From the IMG/VR virus record IMGVR_UViG_3300037067_007193, positions 11,589 to 75,588 of that record: DNA of 64,000 nt; one strand, given 5' to 3'. Below the pieces are notes generated by a model, which was not told the DNA's origin, did not search any database, and saw only the letters and a list, made by a program, of their open reading frames with translations. Both the position numbers and the translations under genes were made by a program. The first letter of the stretch is position 1. Each line of letters begins with the position of its first letter. This DNA comes from a virus (taxonomy: Duplodnaviria > Caudoviricetes). This document shows, piece after piece, positions 26,071 to 35,669 of this stretch.

Positions 26071-27324
26071 ATGAGGCCAGTAAGCATTACAATCGGCCTA
26101 TCTCCGGCGGATGCGGATGGGATATGCGCGGCTCAGACTGTTGCCGCTGCCGGTGAGTTGAGTTTAAGCAGCGGGGCGTTGTCGTCTGCGGTTGGTGTCG
26201 CCCGAATGGTAACTGCCACGAAGATTACGATTACATGCGCGGCTGACGAGAGTGCAAGGAAGTTTACCGTCACCGGGAAAGACGCATACGGAAGGCAGAT
26301 TGTAGAAAAGATCACCGGAGTGAGTGGGACTGCCGCCACCAGTGGCCTGTACTACACGGAAGTGTCACGCATCGAGATTGACGGTGCTACAACCGGAAAC
26401 GTGAGCGCTGGAGTGTCGGGTGATGCCGATGCCATCCTGACGGTGGCAACGCTTTCCGCCGCTGCTGCGTTCACGCTGAACGGAATATTCACCTATGAAT
26501 CCACGATGCGCGGCATTGCCGATAACCATGCCCCCGTAGCCATAAAGATCACGTCTGCCGGTGATGACAGCGGGATCACCTTCACGGTGTACGGCCAGGA
26601 CGGGAATTACGATGACTGCACCGAGGTTATCACCGGCGCGAATGCGGGTGTGGCTTCCGGGACAACGACATTCCAGAAGGTCTACGCAATCTACGCAAGC
26701 GGCGCTGCTGCCGGTGCCGTGTACGCCGGATGGCCGAACGATCTTGACGGCATAGCGGCTTCGCAGTCCGTGTCTGGCGGTGCTGGTTATCTGGTGATGA
26801 ACGGTGCCTATTGCGACCCGCAGCCCCGCCATATCAGCATCACATCCGCCAGTGACGACGAGAGCGGAAAGACTTTCACCATCACGGGTACAGACTGGCG
26901 GGATGAAGCTCTGACCGAAACGCTGGCCGGGCCGGGTGCGGGTCTGACGGTGAATGGTGACAAGAACTTCAAGACCGTCCGGGCCGTCTATTGCAGCGCG
27001 GCGTTGGCTGGAAACGTCACTGTCGGTTCCGCTGATGAGTGCGAAAGCCAGCCGATTGTCATTGACCATCGCTACAACGAATCCACAGTGGCGATTGACC
27101 ACTCCGCCGATTCAGACCTGAACCATCGCTTTTTATACACGATGGATGACCTTCTTGCCGGGCCGCGATACGAGAACAATGCAAGATGGCACGTCAAGAC
27201 AGAGGAAAAGGGCGCATCGGAACTCATTGCAGACCTTGAGGCTTGCAAGGCTGTACGCCTTGAAGTGGCTGGTCATGTACGCGGCGTTGTGGATTTGACG
27301 CTGACATTCCCGACGGGATACTGA
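26071..27324 (+). CDS. virion protein with three tandem ~100-aa beta-rich repeats
   Basis: D.DGI...I.ITS..D.SG.TFT(V/I).G.D...E...G three times. Confidence 0.65.
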   Translation: MRPVSITIGLSPADADGICAAQTVAAAGELSLSSGALSSAVGVARMVTATKITITCAADESARKFTVTGKDAYGRQIVEKITGVSGTAATSGLYYTEVSRIEIDGATTGNVSAGVSGDADAILTVATLSAAAAFTLNGIFTYESTMRGIADNHAPVAIKITSAGDDSGITFTVYGQDGNYDDCTEVITGANAGVASGTTTFQKVYAIYASGAAAGAVYAGWPNDLDGIAASQSVSGGAGYLVMNGAYCDPQPRHISITSASDDESGKTFTITGTDWRDEALTETLAGPGAGLTVNGDKNFKTVRAVYCSAALAGNVTVGSADECESQPIVIDHRYNESTVAIDHSADSDLNHRFLYTMDDLLAGPRYENNARWHVKTEEKGASELIADLEACKAVRLEVAGHVRGVVDLTLTFPTGY

Positions 27325-27328
27325 ACAC

Positions 27329-27607
27329 ATGGGACGCAGGGGTAAATACAGGCCGGGCGACCATCTGGTGATGTGCGAACTTTGCGCGATCAACTACTAT
27401 CGCTCGGAGTGCCGCAAGAACTGGAAGGGCCAGATAGTGTGCGAGGACTGTTGGGAACCCCGGCATCCGCAGGATTTCGTGAAGGTGAAGCCCGACATAG
27501 CCAAGCCCAGGGATGTGCGCCCGGATGGTAACGTTACGTTGAGTCAGACTTCATGCGGCAATGTCACAGCCGCAGACCTGCACGAGTATGACGGCGATCC
27601 GCTGTAA
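27329..27607 (+). CDS. zinc-finger phage protein
   Basis: CELC...CEDCWEPRHPQDF. Confidence 0.65.
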   Translation: MGRRGKYRPGDHLVMCELCAINYYRSECRKNWKGQIVCEDCWEPRHPQDFVKVKPDIAKPRDVRPDGNVTLSQTSCGNVTAADLHEYDGDPL

Positions 27608-27618
27608 TTGAGGTTGCA

Positions 27619-27792
27619 ATGCCGCACCCGAAGAAAGGCGAGAAGCGCGGTGATTACGTGGGCCGCGCTATCCCGATCATCAAGTCAGAACATCCCGAAC
27701 TTTCGCAGCGTGCGGTAGTGGGACGCGCATACGGGATGTTTGACTTTTACAAGAAAAAGAAGCGCCACCGCAAGCCTTTGACTGAAGGATAA
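27619..27792 (+). CDS. small basic protein (57 aa)
   Basis: Not in ORF track. GAGG RBS; MPHPKKGEKRGDYVGRAIP... Confidence 0.55.
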   Translation: MPHPKKGEKRGDYVGRAIPIIKSEHPELSQRAVVGRAYGMFDFYKKKKRHRKPLTEG

Positions 27793-27795
27793 TCC

Positions 27796-28743
27796 GTGGC
27801 TACAAGCGGAGTGGTTACAGTAAGCACCAGCCAGGATGCGCTTATGCGCCGGGCTTTCAGGCTTCTTGGGATGATAAAAGTCAGTGGAACGCGCCCCGGC
27901 GAAGAGATGGATAATGCCGCCGAAGCCCTGAATGCCATGCTCAAGGAGTGGGATGCTCATGGTGTAGGACTTTGGCTTACCAAGCCTGTTACGCTTTATC
28001 CTCAGATGTCCACGGCTTCTTTCAGTCTTGGGCCTTCAGGGGATAATGCAACGCTGTCCGGTGTCAGCACCGAGACCGCCGCAGCCGCTTCAAGCGGCGA
28101 CAGCACAATCACCGTGGATAGTGCAACTGGAATCAGCGACGGATACTACATCGGTGTTGAACTGGACAGCGGTTCTTTCCAATGGACTACCGTGAACGGC
28201 ACACCCGCAAGTACGACCGTGACATTGACGGCTGCACTTACCGATGATGTGGATGATGCCGCCACGGTGGTCTGCTATGAAACAAAGATCAACCGTCCGT
28301 TAAGGGTCAAAAATGTCCGTTATAAGGACTCAAGTGGTTACGAGCGTCCGGTGGATATATGGGACCGCAGCACGTATTTCAACATCACGAACAAGACTAC
28401 CGAATCCGATGGTCCCGTTGCCGTGTACTATGATCCGCAGTTGACCGATGGCAAGTTGTATATCTGGCCTTGCTGCAACGGCGTGGACGGCGAAATCCTG
28501 TTAGACGCTCAGATGCCGATGGAGATACTGAACGCACGCACTGATGAGCCGCTGTTCGCAAACGAGTGGCAGAATACTATTGCCCTGAACCTTGCGGCGC
28601 TTATCGGCATGGAATACCCGCGAGAGGTAGACAAGCAGCATCTCATGTGGATTAAACGCGAGGCGCTGGAAGCGTATTCCAAGCTCCGCAATTTTGACAA
28701 CGAAGACACGAGCGTATCCTGGGGTGTGCGTACCAGTTTTTAA
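27796..28743 (+). CDS. head-tail adaptor (P22 gp4-like), paralog 1
   Basis: RAFRLLG...AAEALNAML.EW, YYDP...LYIWP, NLAALIGMEY. Confidence 0.65.
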   Translation: MATSGVVTVSTSQDALMRRAFRLLGMIKVSGTRPGEEMDNAAEALNAMLKEWDAHGVGLWLTKPVTLYPQMSTASFSLGPSGDNATLSGVSTETAAAASSGDSTITVDSATGISDGYYIGVELDSGSFQWTTVNGTPASTTVTLTAALTDDVDDAATVVCYETKINRPLRVKNVRYKDSSGYERPVDIWDRSTYFNITNKTTESDGPVAVYYDPQLTDGKLYIWPCCNGVDGEILLDAQMPMEILNARTDEPLFANEWQNTIALNLAALIGMEYPREVDKQHLMWIKREALEAYSKLRNFDNEDTSVSWGVRTSF

Positions 28744-28789
28744 ACTAATTTAAGACATTCTCATCTGTATATGCTTTTGGAGATTTAGC

Positions 28790-29836
28790 ATGACACCACG
28801 CAGCTTGATTAATTCATCTCTGAGGGCCATTGGCGCGATACAGGCCAACGAGGTTCCAACGAATGACATGTTTGAAGACGCCCGTGAATTGCTGAATATG
28901 CTGATGGATTCATGGAGCGCCGAAGAACTTTTGCCGCACGATTACATCCAGGAGTCTTACACGCTCTCTTCCGGGGTCGCCAACTATACCATCGGTAGCG
29001 GGGTGGCTACAGGAGCCACTACGGGGATCGTAGCCGCTGCGGCGGCATCCGGAACAACCCCCATGACAATCAATGCCGCGAGTGTTGCCGACCCGGTGAT
29101 TGTTGCCAGCGGAGTAGCCACGTTAGACATTCCGCGTCATGTTGTAATGACTGTAAGTGCGGCGTCAAACAGCGCCGGTATAACACTCACCGTTGCCGGA
29201 ACAAACACCTACGGAGATGTCATAAGCGAATCGTTCGCGGTTCCCACGTCCGGCGGTGGAACTATTCACGGAACCAAACAGTTTAAAACCGTAACTTCTG
29301 TTACGCCTTCGGCTACAACCACCAGTACCATAGCCTTTGGCGTAGACGCCATCATTAACATCCGCCGCCCGATAAAAATAGTGGATGCTTTTGTCCGGTC
29401 GTCTACTACGGATACTCCGGTTTATGCCGCCGCCCGCGAACGCTATAATGAATTATCCGCGAAAAGCACGACCGGAACGCCCACGAGATTTTATTACGAC
29501 CGCCTGTATCCGAGTGGGGAGATATATCTATATCCCGTTCCGGCGGTGGCAACGCTGACACTGTATCTCGACTTGTGGCTTCCTTTTGTTACTATCGCCT
29601 CGACAGCCCTTGACACTGCCATAAACCTGCCGGGAGAATACATTCTGGCTTTCCGCTGGAATCTGGCCGCTGAACTGGCCCCTGAATACGGCAAGGAAGT
29701 AAAAGAGTTTGTGTTTGTCCGTGCACAGGAAACCAAGAACACCATTCGCAAGCTGAACAGTTTGCCGCCCAAACCGCTTAACCTCAAGACACCGATGGCC
29801 GTTATTGATGGTCAGCCAGCAGCCAATTCCAATTAA
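28790..29836 (+). CDS. head-tail adaptor (P22 gp4-like), paralog 2
   Basis: SSLRAIG...ARELLNMLMDSW, YYDR...IYLYP, NLAAELAPEYG. Confidence 0.65.
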   Translation: MTPRSLINSSLRAIGAIQANEVPTNDMFEDARELLNMLMDSWSAEELLPHDYIQESYTLSSGVANYTIGSGVATGATTGIVAAAAASGTTPMTINAASVADPVIVASGVATLDIPRHVVMTVSAASNSAGITLTVAGTNTYGDVISESFAVPTSGGGTIHGTKQFKTVTSVTPSATTTSTIAFGVDAIINIRRPIKIVDAFVRSSTTDTPVYAAARERYNELSAKSTTGTPTRFYYDRLYPSGEIYLYPVPAVATLTLYLDLWLPFVTIASTALDTAINLPGEYILAFRWNLAAELAPEYGKEVKEFVFVRAQETKNTIRKLNSLPPKPLNLKTPMAVIDGQPAANSN

Positions 29837-29850
29837 ACGGTGTCTGATCC

Positions 29851-32800
29851 ATGCCAAGAGTTCCCTTCCCCATAGTCGGCGGCTCGTATAGCGGCGTATC
29901 CAAAGACGCCAATCCGCAACGTTCGATCAACCTGTATCCTGAATATGACAAGACGGGAGGTCGTAATATTCTGCGCGGCACTCCCGGACTTGTCGAGTAC
30001 AAGGACATGAAGACCGAATCGTTGGCCGATGAACAGATAACCAACGGAGATTTTGCGGACACGGATACGGCGTGGACCCTGGATGAGACATGGGCGGTTA
30101 CTGGTGAACAACTGGTAAAGAGTGCGCCGGAATCGGTTGATTTCGAGGGCGGTGAATCCACTTCAACCGTTCTCGGCTCCGAAATGATAACCAATGGAGC
30201 CTTTGCCAGTGACGCTACCAGTTGGACACTTGGGGATAAGTGGGAATACGACTCGGATGGCGACCGCCTTTCGTATGTCGGCACTACGGGTGAGACAGAT
30301 ACTTCTCCCGCCAGTCCTGAGTGCCTGACCAATGGAGATTTTGCCACCGGTTCTACGAAATGGTACGTCAACTCCAACCGTGGGGCCGCACCGAACCTTC
30401 CACCATCTCCCACCACCAATACCAAGTGGACATTCACTGGTGGCAATCTTGTGTTTCAGGATACAGCCACGACCGATCCGTGGAACCAGATGCGCGGCAC
30501 GGATGGAGAGGAGCATGTCTGGCAAAAACTCAGCGACATGGCCGTTCCGATAAGGGACGGTGTTCCCTACCAGATAGAAATAACACTTGCCGCCGGAGCC
30601 GATCTGAAAGGTGGACGACTGGAGGTGTCTCTTGGCAAGATGTTCAACGAGGCGCACAAAGATATAAAGACGGTCTACAGACGAGTTTTGCGGGAAGAAT
30701 GTGCCGCGTTGCAGATTGATATTGGAGAGTGGGAAGCCGATCAGAATACTTCGCCGGGAAAATTCTGGACCTACGCCCCCGCCACTACCCCCACAAACAA
30801 CTACAGATTTACCGATCCGTATTTATCGACTGAAACCGGATGGTCGTGGGGTATGGTTATCCCACAATCCTTTATGGTGGATGGCAGTACATCGGGCGAT
30901 GTCGTGGGAACGTTCCGCGAAACATGTACACCCCGCCGCAGTTCCGATATGTGGTGCTATCGTCCTGATGGTTTGATGCCCTGCGATGACGCCGACTCCG
31001 GACTGAGATTAGCCTTTGTGCGCGGAACGGAATCCGGATACGCCAGCTTCACGATTACGGGCATAAGCGTCAAGGAAATAGCGGTTGCCGCACCCGGAGC
31101 AGCGGTGGTGGCGGAAGCGGCATCTCAGGCAGTTGCCGACATGGTGGCAACTCCCGCAGAAGGCACAAATTACCTTCTTGAATACACCGTGACCGCAACC
31201 AGCGGTTCGGTTACTCCCTATCTCAGTGGTAATGCCGGAACCGCAAGATCGGTCAGCGAGACCTACACTGAATCCATCAACTGCGGTTCGGATGGGACGG
31301 GATTGGAATTTGTTCCGAGTTCTGATTTTGTTGGAACGATTGACACCGTAAGCATGAAAGAGTTCCCCCGCACGGTGACTACTTACACCCATCTTCCTGC
31401 TCCTGTTCTTGGTTCTGAGATGATAACCAACGGGACGTTCACGGATGGAAGTGACGGTTGGGAACGTGATTTCTATTGGAAGTGGACTCCCGATGAACTC
31501 TATTTTGAGGTAAGTAACGATGCGGGTTTGCTTAATGGGACATTCGATACCGATACGTCCCATTGGATAAAGCTTGGGAGTACGGGAGATGCTTATGCGT
31601 CAGTGTCTGACGGGGTTCTTATGCTGGCTGCGGGAGGGTACGTGGCCGGGGGAATAGTTCTATATCAAGATTTCACGACAATCCCTGGTGGTGTCTACAC
31701 GGTAACTTGGACGTTTGTTGATAAAGGATCGGAATACGGTAATCCTGTTTCGTATCCGGGGTTCGCTTTCGGGTTCGAGGTAGCGGGCTTTGAGTATTGG
31801 TATTATGTCGCTGGAACTCATTCTATAGTATTCACGGCCACAGAAACTAAGTATAGAATAAATATATGCTGCTACAATTATTCGTATATAAAATTCGATA
31901 ATATTATAGTTACTGCCGATGTAGAGGGGATACAGAACACACTGACACAAAAAAACGCCAGCCTGACCAAAGATTTCGCGCCAGAAAACAAATACTATAT
32001 GTCGTTTGATATTTCGGATTGTACTGCGGGGATGCTGACCGTAGCCGTTGGAGATGACAAACGCAATAAAAAGGTGTTTACGACAAACGGCACACGGGAA
32101 ATGTATCTTGAAAATGTCGCTGCCGGTTCGGATGTCGTGTTTTCGGCCAGTGCGGACTTTGATGGACATCTTGATAACGTCTCTCTTTGCGAAGCCATAA
32201 CCAGTTCCTCTCCTGCCCTTGCCCGCCAGTACAACGCCGATATGGTGACTCCGGTTGTAAAAGACCATCTCTACCGGGTGGATTTTACGGTGGAATCCAT
32301 ATCCGATGGAAAGGTCACTGTAACTCTCGGTGGAACACAGTACACGTATCCAATAGTTTCCGCCGATGACTACTCCCTTGACATCGCCGCAGCGGAAGAC
32401 AGTGGACTTGTTTTCACCGCTGACTACACGACAGAAGTTACGCTCGATGATGTCAGCGTCAAAGAGATCACCTACCCACCTTATCAGGTGCGTGGCCTTC
32501 TGCCTATCGGGACTGACCTGTACATCCTGTACGGCCCGTACCTGTCAAAGTTGACCAGCGCCGGGGATTTCTCTGTCCTCAACGAAGATTCCCCGATGGC
32601 AAGCAAGTCAGGACTTGTCACGATGGCGCATATCAAGTACGGCGCTGGCTACCAGATAATGATATGCGATGGTTCGGACAAGGTAGCCTATCTGTACGAC
32701 ACCACTACAAGTCTGTTCACCGTGTTGACCGAAGGCGAACACGAGTTCCAGGGCGGCGGGACGGTCTGTGCGATAGATGGATATTTCCTGTCGAATCAGG

Positions 32801-33771
32801 TCAACGGTGACAGGATATACTATTCCGAAACCACCGATGGCCTTTCTTGGGACGCCTCCGATGACACGCGGGCATGGATAAAGACATCCAACATCCAGCG
32901 GGTGTTCGCGCATTCGCAACTCGTGTGGGCGTTCAAGGAAGACAGCATTGAATTATTCTACAACACCGGGGAACCGGGTGACGCCACGCCGACATTCGGG
33001 CGTGTCCAGGGTGGTGCGTTCAATATTGGATTGCTGGCTGATTGGAGCGTTGCCGCAATAAAAGAACGTCTATTCTGGCTGGCATCCGACAAGACGGTTC
33101 AGATGGCCGTCGGCCAGTCTATCAATACAGTCAGCACCCCGCAACTGAGTTACCAGATAGAGCAGATGACAACTGCGAGTGATGCAGTGGCGTACTGCTA
33201 CACGGAAGAAGGGCATGACTTCTATGTCATTTCCTTCCCCACCGCTGATGTAACCTATGTGTACGATGTCTCAACCGGAGAGTGGCATGAACGACAGTCA
33301 TACGATTCCGACCGTGGCGTGGATGGAAGACACCGTAGTAACTGCTATGCCTATTTTCGGGACAAGCATGTCGTCGGTGACTTCTCCAACACAAAACTGT
33401 ATGAACTTGACACTGCGGTATATACCGATGACGGAAACAGAATAATCCGTCGCCGCGTGACACAGAACGTCAATGAGCAAAACCTGATGTGTTTCTTCAA
33501 TGAGTTTGAGGTTCGGTTTGAAGGTGGAGTTGGCGTGTTAAGCGGTCAGGGTTCAAGCCCGAAGGCCATCCTGAGAATAAGCAAGGACGGTGGACACACA
33601 TGGAGTTCTCCCGTTGAAGCGACAATGGGAAGCCGTGGTGGATACGGTGTTCGTTCGGTCTGGCGCAGACTCGGAAGCGGGCGGGATTTCGCTGCGGAAG
33701 TGAGTGTTTCCGATCCGGTAAAGGTAGTGGCTGTTGACGGACATCTGACCTACGAACAGGGGTATGCGTGA
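29851..33771 (+). CDS. P22 gp10-like tail hub with ~810-aa insert of CBM-like domains
   Basis: N-terminal QRSINLYPE..GTPGL and C-terminal SKDGGHTWS..WRRLGSGRD..SDPVKV; insert residues 61-873. Confidence 0.75.
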   Translation: MPRVPFPIVGGSYSGVSKDANPQRSINLYPEYDKTGGRNILRGTPGLVEYKDMKTESLADEQITNGDFADTDTAWTLDETWAVTGEQLVKSAPESVDFEGGESTSTVLGSEMITNGAFASDATSWTLGDKWEYDSDGDRLSYVGTTGETDTSPASPECLTNGDFATGSTKWYVNSNRGAAPNLPPSPTTNTKWTFTGGNLVFQDTATTDPWNQMRGTDGEEHVWQKLSDMAVPIRDGVPYQIEITLAAGADLKGGRLEVSLGKMFNEAHKDIKTVYRRVLREECAALQIDIGEWEADQNTSPGKFWTYAPATTPTNNYRFTDPYLSTETGWSWGMVIPQSFMVDGSTSGDVVGTFRETCTPRRSSDMWCYRPDGLMPCDDADSGLRLAFVRGTESGYASFTITGISVKEIAVAAPGAAVVAEAASQAVADMVATPAEGTNYLLEYTVTATSGSVTPYLSGNAGTARSVSETYTESINCGSDGTGLEFVPSSDFVGTIDTVSMKEFPRTVTTYTHLPAPVLGSEMITNGTFTDGSDGWERDFYWKWTPDELYFEVSNDAGLLNGTFDTDTSHWIKLGSTGDAYASVSDGVLMLAAGGYVAGGIVLYQDFTTIPGGVYTVTWTFVDKGSEYGNPVSYPGFAFGFEVAGFEYWYYVAGTHSIVFTATETKYRINICCYNYSYIKFDNIIVTADVEGIQNTLTQKNASLTKDFAPENKYYMSFDISDCTAGMLTVAVGDDKRNKKVFTTNGTREMYLENVAAGSDVVFSASADFDGHLDNVSLCEAITSSSPALARQYNADMVTPVVKDHLYRVDFTVESISDGKVTVTLGGTQYTYPIVSADDYSLDIAAAEDSGLVFTADYTTEVTLDDVSVKEITYPPYQVRGLLPIGTDLYILYGPYLSKLTSAGDFSVLNEDSPMASKSGLVTMAHIKYGAGYQIMICDGSDKVAYLYDTTTSLFTVLTEGEHEFQGGGTVCAIDGYFLSNQVNGDRIYYSETTDGLSWDASDDTRAWIKTSNIQRVFAHSQLVWAFKEDSIELFYNTGEPGDATPTFGRVQGGAFNIGLLADWSVAAIKERLFWLASDKTVQMAVGQSINTVSTPQLSYQIEQMTTASDAVAYCYTEEGHDFYVISFPTADVTYVYDVSTGEWHERQSYDSDRGVDGRHRSNCYAYFRDKHVVGDFSNTKLYELDTAVYTDDGNRIIRRRVTQNVNEQNLMCFFNEFEVRFEGGVGVLSGQGSSPKAILRISKDGGHTWSSPVEATMGSRGGYGVRSVWRRLGSGRDFAAEVSVSDPVKVVAVDGHLTYEQGYA

Positions 33772-33772
33772 T

Positions 33773-34108
33773 ATGGCAACGATAAACGTCCGCGCCCCGA
33801 TGGAAACACCGATGTTCGATGGCAACGACAAGATGGCCGTGGCATGGCAGCGGTATTTCAGCACGCTTGGGGATAAACTCTCGACCGCCTTTGGCAGCAT
33901 AACAGAAAGCACCCTTACGACAGTGACCATTGGTTCGGATGCCGTGGATGTAACAACCCCCGTGGCTGTAACCGGTACGGACAGCGTTGACCTGACCGCG
34001 CTCAACGTGACACTTGCGACTCTGGCGACTGAAATAAATGCGATAGTGACTGTACTAAACGCACTGAATGACAAACTGGTTCAAACCAACCTGATGACAG
34101 AATTGTAA
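33773..34108 (+). CDS. small tail protein with C-terminal coiled coil (tail needle-like position)
   Basis: Heptad-rich C-terminus; follows the gp10-like gene. Confidence 0.45.
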   Translation: MATINVRAPMETPMFDGNDKMAVAWQRYFSTLGDKLSTAFGSITESTLTTVTIGSDAVDVTTPVAVTGTDSVDLTALNVTLATLATEINAIVTVLNALNDKLVQTNLMTEL

Positions 34109-34142
34109 AAAGACACAGTTTTCTTTTGTTGCAGGAGCAAAG

Positions 34143-34805
34143 ATGTTCGGGATAGACGATTTGATAGGTGGGACGGTGGGTGCGGTAGGAAGTATCGTTG
34201 GGGCGGTTGGTGGTTACAAGGCGCAGAAGCGGGCGATAAACGACGCCATTGCCACAGAGAAAGAGTCACTGGCCGATCTTGAGCCGTGGCAGGTGGCCGG
34301 TGAAGAAGCCCTTGGCGCGTGGAAAGAAAAGGTGATGGCTGGCCCCGGAGAGTTCACGGAAAGCGAAGGCTATAAATGGACTCTTGGCGAGGGCGAGAAG
34401 GCAATCAAGCGGGCGTCTTCCACCAGCGCCGGGTTTGGAACCGGGGCGATGGGTAAAAGTCTTATACGCCACGCCCAGGGACTCGCCTCCAATGAATATG
34501 ATAAGTTCCAGGACAGGTATTTGAAAAGCATTACGCCCTATTCTCAGTTGGCCGGTGTGGGACAGTGGGCTATCGGAAACCAAATTGGCGTGCGTGACAG
34601 GATAGCAGACCTGACCGTAGACAAGGGGATGGCTAAGGCGAACGCATGGGCAACCGGAGCCAATGCAATCCGTGGTGGGATACAGGATGCGGTGTCCCTG
34701 AGTGAGTTGAGCGGCAACCGCACACCGATAAATACAGGTGGCTTTACAACTGCATCCAGCCAGCCGTTATGGGATTATTCCAAAGTCGGCCAGTTCGCCC
34801 GTTAA
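34143..34805 (+). CDS. DNA ejection / internal virion protein
   Basis: Gly/Ala-rich amphipathic N-terminus; position after tail genes. Confidence 0.6.
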   Translation: MFGIDDLIGGTVGAVGSIVGAVGGYKAQKRAINDAIATEKESLADLEPWQVAGEEALGAWKEKVMAGPGEFTESEGYKWTLGEGEKAIKRASSTSAGFGTGAMGKSLIRHAQGLASNEYDKFQDRYLKSITPYSQLAGVGQWAIGNQIGVRDRIADLTVDKGMAKANAWATGANAIRGGIQDAVSLSELSGNRTPINTGGFTTASSQPLWDYSKVGQFAR

Positions 34806-34817
34806 GGAGAAAGATAA

Positions 34818-35669
34818 ATGTCTCGCATTCCGTTGATACCAGTAGAGACCGGCCCGATCATCGCTCCGGCCTTGCAGGTTGCGAACCAGATAAGAGAAGG
34901 CAGGGCGCGGGTATCCATGCTGGAAACGGAAGCCAAAGGCTACCCCGAAGAAGTTGCTATACGGCGTTCTATGCTGGGGGAACAGTTAAAATCTGCCCCA
35001 GTGGATAGAAGGAAAAAGGAACTGGATATTGAACACGCGGGGACACAAGAAGCCCGTGCCGCATCTCAAGAAGAACGAACCGCAAAACAGGATAAGCGGC
35101 AGCAATGGGCCGATGCTAACAAGATGTATGAGACTGCACTCCCACGAATGAGAGATGCGCGTTCTCACAATGTCGCCGTGCGGAGCATAGCAGAACGGAC
35201 TGGAGTTCCCGTTGAAGAGTTAGGTGGATTGCTTGAGGAAAATATGAAACAAGAAGATTTCGTTAAGCACATGGAAAAAATGATACCTACCTTCTACGAG
35301 GCCCAATACAAGCACGGTTTAGAGATGGAGGAAATCGAGGCCCGGAATAAAGGGCAGGAAAAGGTAGCTAATGTCTATGCCAAGAGTCGTGCTGACGAAG
35401 CTGCTGAAAATAGAGAAGCAGATAGATTAAAGAATCAAGGCATAGATAACGCAACTATAAGAGGTATATTGCAAGATTCTCGTACAGAGTATGGTGCTGA
35501 GAACTATAAGAACGTGGGGACCGAAGAAAATCCGATATGGGAGAAACTACCCACTGCTATCTCGTATGAAAAATGGTTGCCTAAGTATATCAAAAGGGCG
35601 GTTAGTGCTTATTCTCAAGCGAAGCAACTCGGCAACCCTTCCAACAAACGTGAACCCTTGGAATACTAA
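34818..35669 (+). CDS. probable internal virion protein
   Basis: Helical, charged; between the two ejection-type genes. Confidence 0.5.
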   Translation: MSRIPLIPVETGPIIAPALQVANQIREGRARVSMLETEAKGYPEEVAIRRSMLGEQLKSAPVDRRKKELDIEHAGTQEARAASQEERTAKQDKRQQWADANKMYETALPRMRDARSHNVAVRSIAERTGVPVEELGGLLEENMKQEDFVKHMEKMIPTFYEAQYKHGLEMEEIEARNKGQEKVANVYAKSRADEAAENREADRLKNQGIDNATIRGILQDSRTEYGAENYKNVGTEENPIWEKLPTAISYEKWLPKYIKRAVSAYSQAKQLGNPSNKREPLEY

